From Alphaproteobacteria bacterium (lineage in GTDB: Bacteria > Pseudomonadota > Alphaproteobacteria > Caulobacterales > Hyphomonadaceae), in assembly GCA_018830285.1 (NCBI GenBank), contig JAHJSB010000012.1, positions 11,433-75,432 on the forward strand: DNA of 64,000 nucleotides, in the 5' to 3' direction. Under the pieces are notes generated by a model that ran no database searches, had not been told where the DNA came from, and saw only the letters and a program-made list of their open reading frames with translations. Of this stretch, positions 59,948 to 64,000 are shown in pieces. The translations under genes were made by a program, and so were the position numbers. Each line of letters begins with the position of its first letter. The first letter of the stretch is position 1.

Positions 59948-60178
59948 GTGTCAGACGCGCGGATGTACGAGTTCTTCGTGCATAAGACGGAACCCAGCTT
60001 CCGGCTAACGGTGCAGCAAGGCGCCCCGTTCCCTATTCAAAGCCAGATCGAAAGCTGGGTCCATACGCGAACACGCACGGACGATGACACAAGTCCGGAC
60101 GTCGTCGGCGCGATTGATGAAATGGGATATTGCCTGTTTCGCATCGGCTTCCGGTTTGAAGATGTCCACCTGACCTAA
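59948..60178 (+). CDS. Small hypothetical protein
   Basis: 76 aa ORF (GTG start) fills the gap 4 bp after the oxygenase gene; no family recognised. Confidence 0.5.
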   Translation: MSDARMYEFFVHKTEPSFRLTVQQGAPFPIQSQIESWVHTRTRTDDDTSPDVVGAIDEMGYCLFRIGFRFEDVHLT

Positions 60179-60266
60179 CCTTGCGCCACCCCTTGCCTCG
60201 CCGTCGCAATGCGCCTGAATAGGCACACAGCTCGCCAGAAGCTGACGGCAGGCCAGGAGGAAGCGC

Positions 60267-61259
60267 ATGTTCAACAATACAGAATGGCTCGCACAGGTCC
60301 GTGAAGACGTGATCGATCCGGATCGCGAGATCGTGGACCCTCACCATCACCTCTGGCCGAAACCCCACCTCAGCTACGACCTGGAAGAACTCTGGTCCGA
60401 CACCGAAGACGGCCACAACGTCACCCAGACCGTGTTCATGGAATGCGGCTCATCCTATCGCAAGGACGGCCCCGACCACCTGAAGCCCATCGGCGAGACC
60501 GAGTTCGTCGCGGCTGCCGCCGCCCGTTCCGCCGCCGACCCCGACAAGGCCACCATCGCCGGCATTATCGGCCATGCAGACCTGCGCCGCTCCGACCTCG
60601 ACGAGATCCTCGACGCCCATCTTGCCGCCGCCAACGGCCTCTTTCGCGGCATCCGACACGCCGGCGCCCACGATCCGGACAGCGCCGCCTTCTCGATCCC
60701 CGGCCGTGCGCCCGCAGGCCTCTATAGGGACGAAGACTTTCGGCGCGGCGTTGCCCGTCTCGGCGAACGTGGATTCACCTATGACACGTGGAACTACCAT
60801 CACCAGATCCGCGACTTCGCAGACCTCGCCAGCGCCGTACCCGGCACGACCATGATCCTCGACCATTTCGGCACGCCGCTCGGCGTCGGCCCCTATGAGG
60901 GCAAACGCGACGCCAATTTCGCGCAATGGAAAGACGACATCGCCGCCGTTGCCAAGCGCCCGAACGTCTTTGCGAAGATTGGCGGCCTCGCCATGCCGGA
61001 CAATGGCTTCGGCTGGAACACGCACGCCACGCCGCCCACATCGGATGAGTTCGTCGAGGCGCAGGCGCCCTATTATCACCATGCGATCAAGTGCTTCGGT
61101 CCGCAGCGGTGCATGTTCGAAAGCAATTTTCCGGTCGACCGCCTGTCGATCGGCTATCGCACGCTCTGGAACGGCCTGAAGAAGATTGCCGCCGACTATT
61201 CAGAGGCTGACCAGACCGCCATGTTCAGCGGTACCGCCCGCAAGGTCTACCGGCTCTAG
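60267..61259 (+). CDS. Amidohydrolase_2 family (TIM-barrel lactonase-like)
   Basis: IVDPHHHLW, FRGIRH, ILDHFG, FAKIGGL, MFESNFPVD. Confidence 0.9.
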   Translation: MFNNTEWLAQVREDVIDPDREIVDPHHHLWPKPHLSYDLEELWSDTEDGHNVTQTVFMECGSSYRKDGPDHLKPIGETEFVAAAAARSAADPDKATIAGIIGHADLRRSDLDEILDAHLAAANGLFRGIRHAGAHDPDSAAFSIPGRAPAGLYRDEDFRRGVARLGERGFTYDTWNYHHQIRDFADLASAVPGTTMILDHFGTPLGVGPYEGKRDANFAQWKDDIAAVAKRPNVFAKIGGLAMPDNGFGWNTHATPPTSDEFVEAQAPYYHHAIKCFGPQRCMFESNFPVDRLSIGYRTLWNGLKKIAADYSEADQTAMFSGTARKVYRL

Positions 61260-62470
61260 GTGCGCGCTATCCAGGTCGCCGCGCCTTCGCCTGCTGCCTT
61301 GCCTGTCGCAAGACAGGCCGTGATCAGATAGCCTCCCGTCGGTGCGTCCCAGTCGATCATCTCGCCGGCGCAGAACACGCCCGGCATGTCGTGCAGCATG
61401 AGATAGTCGTCGAGCGCGCGCCACACCACGCCGCCTGTCGTCGAGATCGCCTCGTCCAGCGGCGCCGTCCCGGTGATCCTGATCGGCACAGCCTTGATCA
61501 GTTGCGCCAGCGCCTCCGGTTCCGCCGGCAGCGGCCCGCCCGTCGCCTCATGCAACAGTGCCAGTTTCACACCGGACACGTGCACGCTCTTGCGCAAATG
61601 ATTGGCCATGGACTGCTTGCCGCGCGGCCGTGCGAGTTTCGCAGCAATCGCGCCTTCGTCCATATCCGGCAACAGGTCCACGAACAGGGTCGCGCTGCCG
61701 TCCCGCGCCAGCGCGCCCACCAGCGCCGCCGACAACGTATAGATGCCGCCGCTCTCAACCCCGCGTTCGGTAATCACGAATTCAGATCGCGTCTCCTGGC
61801 GCCCGTGCACACCATCCGTCCACAAACGCACGGACTTCAGCGGGTCGCCCGGGAACTTTTCCTTCAGGTGATCCGTCCAGTCCGCAAGGAATCCGCAATT
61901 CGACGGCCCGAACGGCGCGGTCGCCACACCCTTGCCGGCCAGCAAGGACGCCCACGCACCATCAGACCCAAGACGTTTCCAGCTCGCCCCGCCCAGCGCC
62001 AGAACTGTCGCATCGGGTGTCGCCGTCACGGCGCCATCCGGCGTATCGAACATGAGTGCGCCTGTATCATCCCATCCCTGCCAGCGATGGCGCGGATGCA
62101 GCACAGTGCCCATCTCCTGCAACCGGACAAGCCAGGCCCGCAGCAAGGGGGACGCTTTCATCATCTCGGGAAACATGCGCCCCGTCGGCCCGGTATGCGC
62201 AGGTATGCCAAGCTCCTGCATCCATTCCATGATTTCACTCGGCCCGAACGCCTTGACCATTTCTGCCAACCGGGCATCCCCGCGATAGCGCGAGAGGAAC
62301 ACGTCCCTGTCTTCGGCATGGCTGATATTCAGCCCGCTCTTGCCCGCCATCAGGAATTTTCGCCCGACACTCGGCATCGCATCGTAGATGTCGACAGTGA
62401 TGCCGCGTGCGGCCAGCGCCTCGGCCGCCATCAGGCCTGCCGGTCCCGCGCCAATGATTGCGGCGCGCAC
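61256..62470 (-). CDS. HI0933/BaiN-like NAD(P)/FAD-dependent flavoprotein
   Basis: IIGAGPAGLMAA, GRKFLMAGKSGLNISH, AISTTGGV, DWDAPTGGYL. Confidence 0.92.
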   Translation of the reverse strand: MRAAIIGAGPAGLMAAEALAARGITVDIYDAMPSVGRKFLMAGKSGLNISHAEDRDVFLSRYRGDARLAEMVKAFGPSEIMEWMQELGIPAHTGPTGRMFPEMMKASPLLRAWLVRLQEMGTVLHPRHRWQGWDDTGALMFDTPDGAVTATPDATVLALGGASWKRLGSDGAWASLLAGKGVATAPFGPSNCGFLADWTDHLKEKFPGDPLKSVRLWTDGVHGRQETRSEFVITERGVESGGIYTLSAALVGALARDGSATLFVDLLPDMDEGAIAAKLARPRGKQSMANHLRKSVHVSGVKLALLHEATGGPLPAEPEALAQLIKAVPIRITGTAPLDEAISTTGGVVWRALDDYLMLHDMPGVFCAGEMIDWDAPTGGYLITACLATGKAAGEGAATWIART

Positions 62471-63244
62471 CTAGATCAAACCGGCGAGGGGTGAACTCGG
62501 GTCAGCATACATCTTCTTCGGCATCCGTCCGGCGAGATAGGCCTCGCGCCCGGCGATCACCGCATGTTTCATCGCGCTCGCCATCAGGATCGGATCTTTC
62601 GCCGCTGCAATCGCCGTGTTCATGAGAACGCCGTCACAGCCAAGCTCCATCGCGATCGCCGCGTCCGACGCCGTGCCGACACCCGCGTCGACGATCACCG
62701 GCACGCGGGTCTGTTCCACGATCAGGCGGATGTTCACCGGGTTCATGATGCCGAGGCCTGAGCCGATCAGGCTGCCCAGCGGCATGATTGCACAACACCC
62801 GGCCTCTTCCAGCATCCTGGCGTAGACCGGGTCATCGGAGCAGTAGACCATGACCTCGAACCCGTCCGCGATCAGCGCCTTGGCGGCCTCCAGCGTCTCC
62901 GGCATGTTCGGATAGAGCGTCTTCTGGTCGGCCAGCACTTCCAGCTTCACGAGATTCCAGCCGCCGGCCTCGCGCGCCAGGCGCAGCGTCCGCACGGCCT
63001 CGTCAGCCGTGTAGCAGCCCGCCGTATTGGGCAGGTATGTGAACTCGTCAGGCTTCACGAAGTCGGTCAGTATTTCCTGGCTCGGATCGGACAGGTTTAC
63101 CCGGCGAAGCGCAACGGTGACGATCTCGGCGCCAGCCGCGCGCGCCGCATCGGCGTTCTGCTGGTAATTGGCATATTTTCCGGTTCCGACAATCAGGCGA
63201 GACGCGTAGGATTTTCCGGCAATGATCAGGGGTGTATCAGTCAT
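62471..63244 (-). CDS. thiG: Thiazole synthase
   Basis: [45 protein letters not shown]. Confidence 0.98.
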   Translation of the reverse strand: MTDTPLIIAGKSYASRLIVGTGKYANYQQNADAARAAGAEIVTVALRRVNLSDPSQEILTDFVKPDEFTYLPNTAGCYTADEAVRTLRLAREAGGWNLVKLEVLADQKTLYPNMPETLEAAKALIADGFEVMVYCSDDPVYARMLEEAGCCAIMPLGSLIGSGLGIMNPVNIRLIVEQTRVPVIVDAGVGTASDAAIAMELGCDGVLMNTAIAAAKDPILMASAMKHAVIAGREAYLAGRMPKKMYADPSSPLAGLI

Positions 63245-63292
63245 GTCTGCTGATCTGGCCGCGTTGATCCCGCCCGTCAACTCCTCGCCCGG

Positions 63293-63505
63293 TCAACCGC
63301 CCCCGACGAACTGCACAAGTTCCAGCCGGTCGCCCTCTTCCAGCACGGTAAAGGCATGTTCAGACTTCGGCACGATCTCGAGGTTGCGCTCCACGGCTAT
63401 GCCGCGCGGGTCGCGCCCGGTGGCCGCCGACAGCTCTTCCAGCAGCATCGACAGGGTCGTGCCTTGGTTAACCTGCCGTGTCTCACCATTCAGGGTGATC
63501 TGCAT
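63293..63505 (-). CDS. thiS: Sulfur carrier protein
   Basis: MQITLNGE...[12 protein letters not shown]...[10 protein letters not shown] with the C-terminal Gly-Gly. Confidence 0.96.
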   Translation of the reverse strand: MQITLNGETRQVNQGTTLSMLLEELSAATGRDPRGIAVERNLEIVPKSEHAFTVLEEGDRLELVQFVGGG

Positions 63506-63568
63506 GTCTGCCGCCTCCGGTTCAAAGCCCCCTTGCCTTGCCGGGCGTTCCAGAGCAAGACGGGGCCC

Positions 63569-64000
63569 ATGTCAAAACCGATATATGTTCTCGGTGGGCC
63601 AAACCTCAACCTGCTCGGTACGCGCGAGCCGGAGATTTATGGCTACGAAACACTCGAAGATATCCATACCCGCCTGCGCAGCCTGGCTGGCGGCGTGCCC
63701 CTTGAGGCGCGCCAGACCAATCATGAGGGCGAACTGGTGGATTGGGTCCAGGAAGCCTCTCGCGATGGCTCTGTCCTGATCCTCAACGCAGCTGCCTTCA
63801 CACATACATCTGTGGCCTTGCATGACGCCCTCAGGGCCTGCAAGGTGCCGGTTATTGAAGTGCACCTGTCCAACCCGGCGGCGCGCGAAGCCTTCCGCCA
63901 AGTGAATTACGTTGCGCCTGTCGCAAAAGCTACGATTGCGGGCCTCGGCGCCTACGGTTATGAGCTTGCGCTTCTGGCAGCCAAGTCCCTGACGGGCCAA
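63569..64000 (+). CDS. aroQ: Type II 3-dehydroquinate dehydratase (runs off the window end; absent from the ORF track)
   Basis: My translation: [25 protein letters not shown]...[11 protein letters not shown]...[16 protein letters not shown]...[14 protein letters not shown]. Confidence 0.95.
   Translation, partial: MSKPIYVLGGPNLNLLGTREPEIYGYETLEDIHTRLRSLAGGVPLEARQTNHEGELVDWVQEASRDGSVLILNAAAFTHTSVALHDALRACKVPVIEVHLSNPAAREAFRQVNYVAPVAKATIAGLGAYGYELALLAAKSLTGQ

Noticed and set aside
1-64000. CRISPR arrays, rRNA, integrase, prophage or anti-phage defence genes
   Set aside because: No regularly spaced direct repeats, rRNA signatures, recombinase motifs or recognisable defence domains were seen.

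Overview
GC-rich alphaproteobacterial chromosome segment, most like the stalked Hyphomonadaceae/Caulobacterales. This is inferred from phyR-nepR-ecfG-phyK, hfsA/hfsB-like genes, and the purD/xseA, cysE-DUF3126 and thiG-thiS/aroQ syntenies; no database search was run. Core-like and metabolic genes occupy about 1-21 kb and 47.5-64 kb: P450-enoyl-CoA hydratase-DUF2855, hydrolases, purD, xseA, cysE, a TetR-RND efflux unit, queF, a Ca2+/Na+ antiporter, the general stress response locus, hfsAB, thiSG and aroQ. The middle holds tamAB, then a compact signalling block (XRE, LysR, degenerate kinase-like mini-protein, REC-EAL phosphodiesterase, TadG-like protein, hybrid His kinase with Hpt), tex, and a ~10 kb accessory segment. 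That segment is bounded on the left by a tRNA-Thr 3'-half scar and on the right by an IS6 remnant, and carries cbpA-cbpM and a complete five-step hut pathway with a HutC-type operator. Signals absent from the ORF track: the tRNA scar, the IS6 remnant, a head-to-head deletion scar fusing aldose-1-epimerase and GH10-xylanase remnants beside an orphan LacI, paired EcfG-type promoters, tandem TetR palindromes, a possible structured leader upstream of the antiporter, and the window-truncated aroQ. No CRISPR array, rRNA or intact tRNA was seen. All family assignments come from motif recognition by eye.
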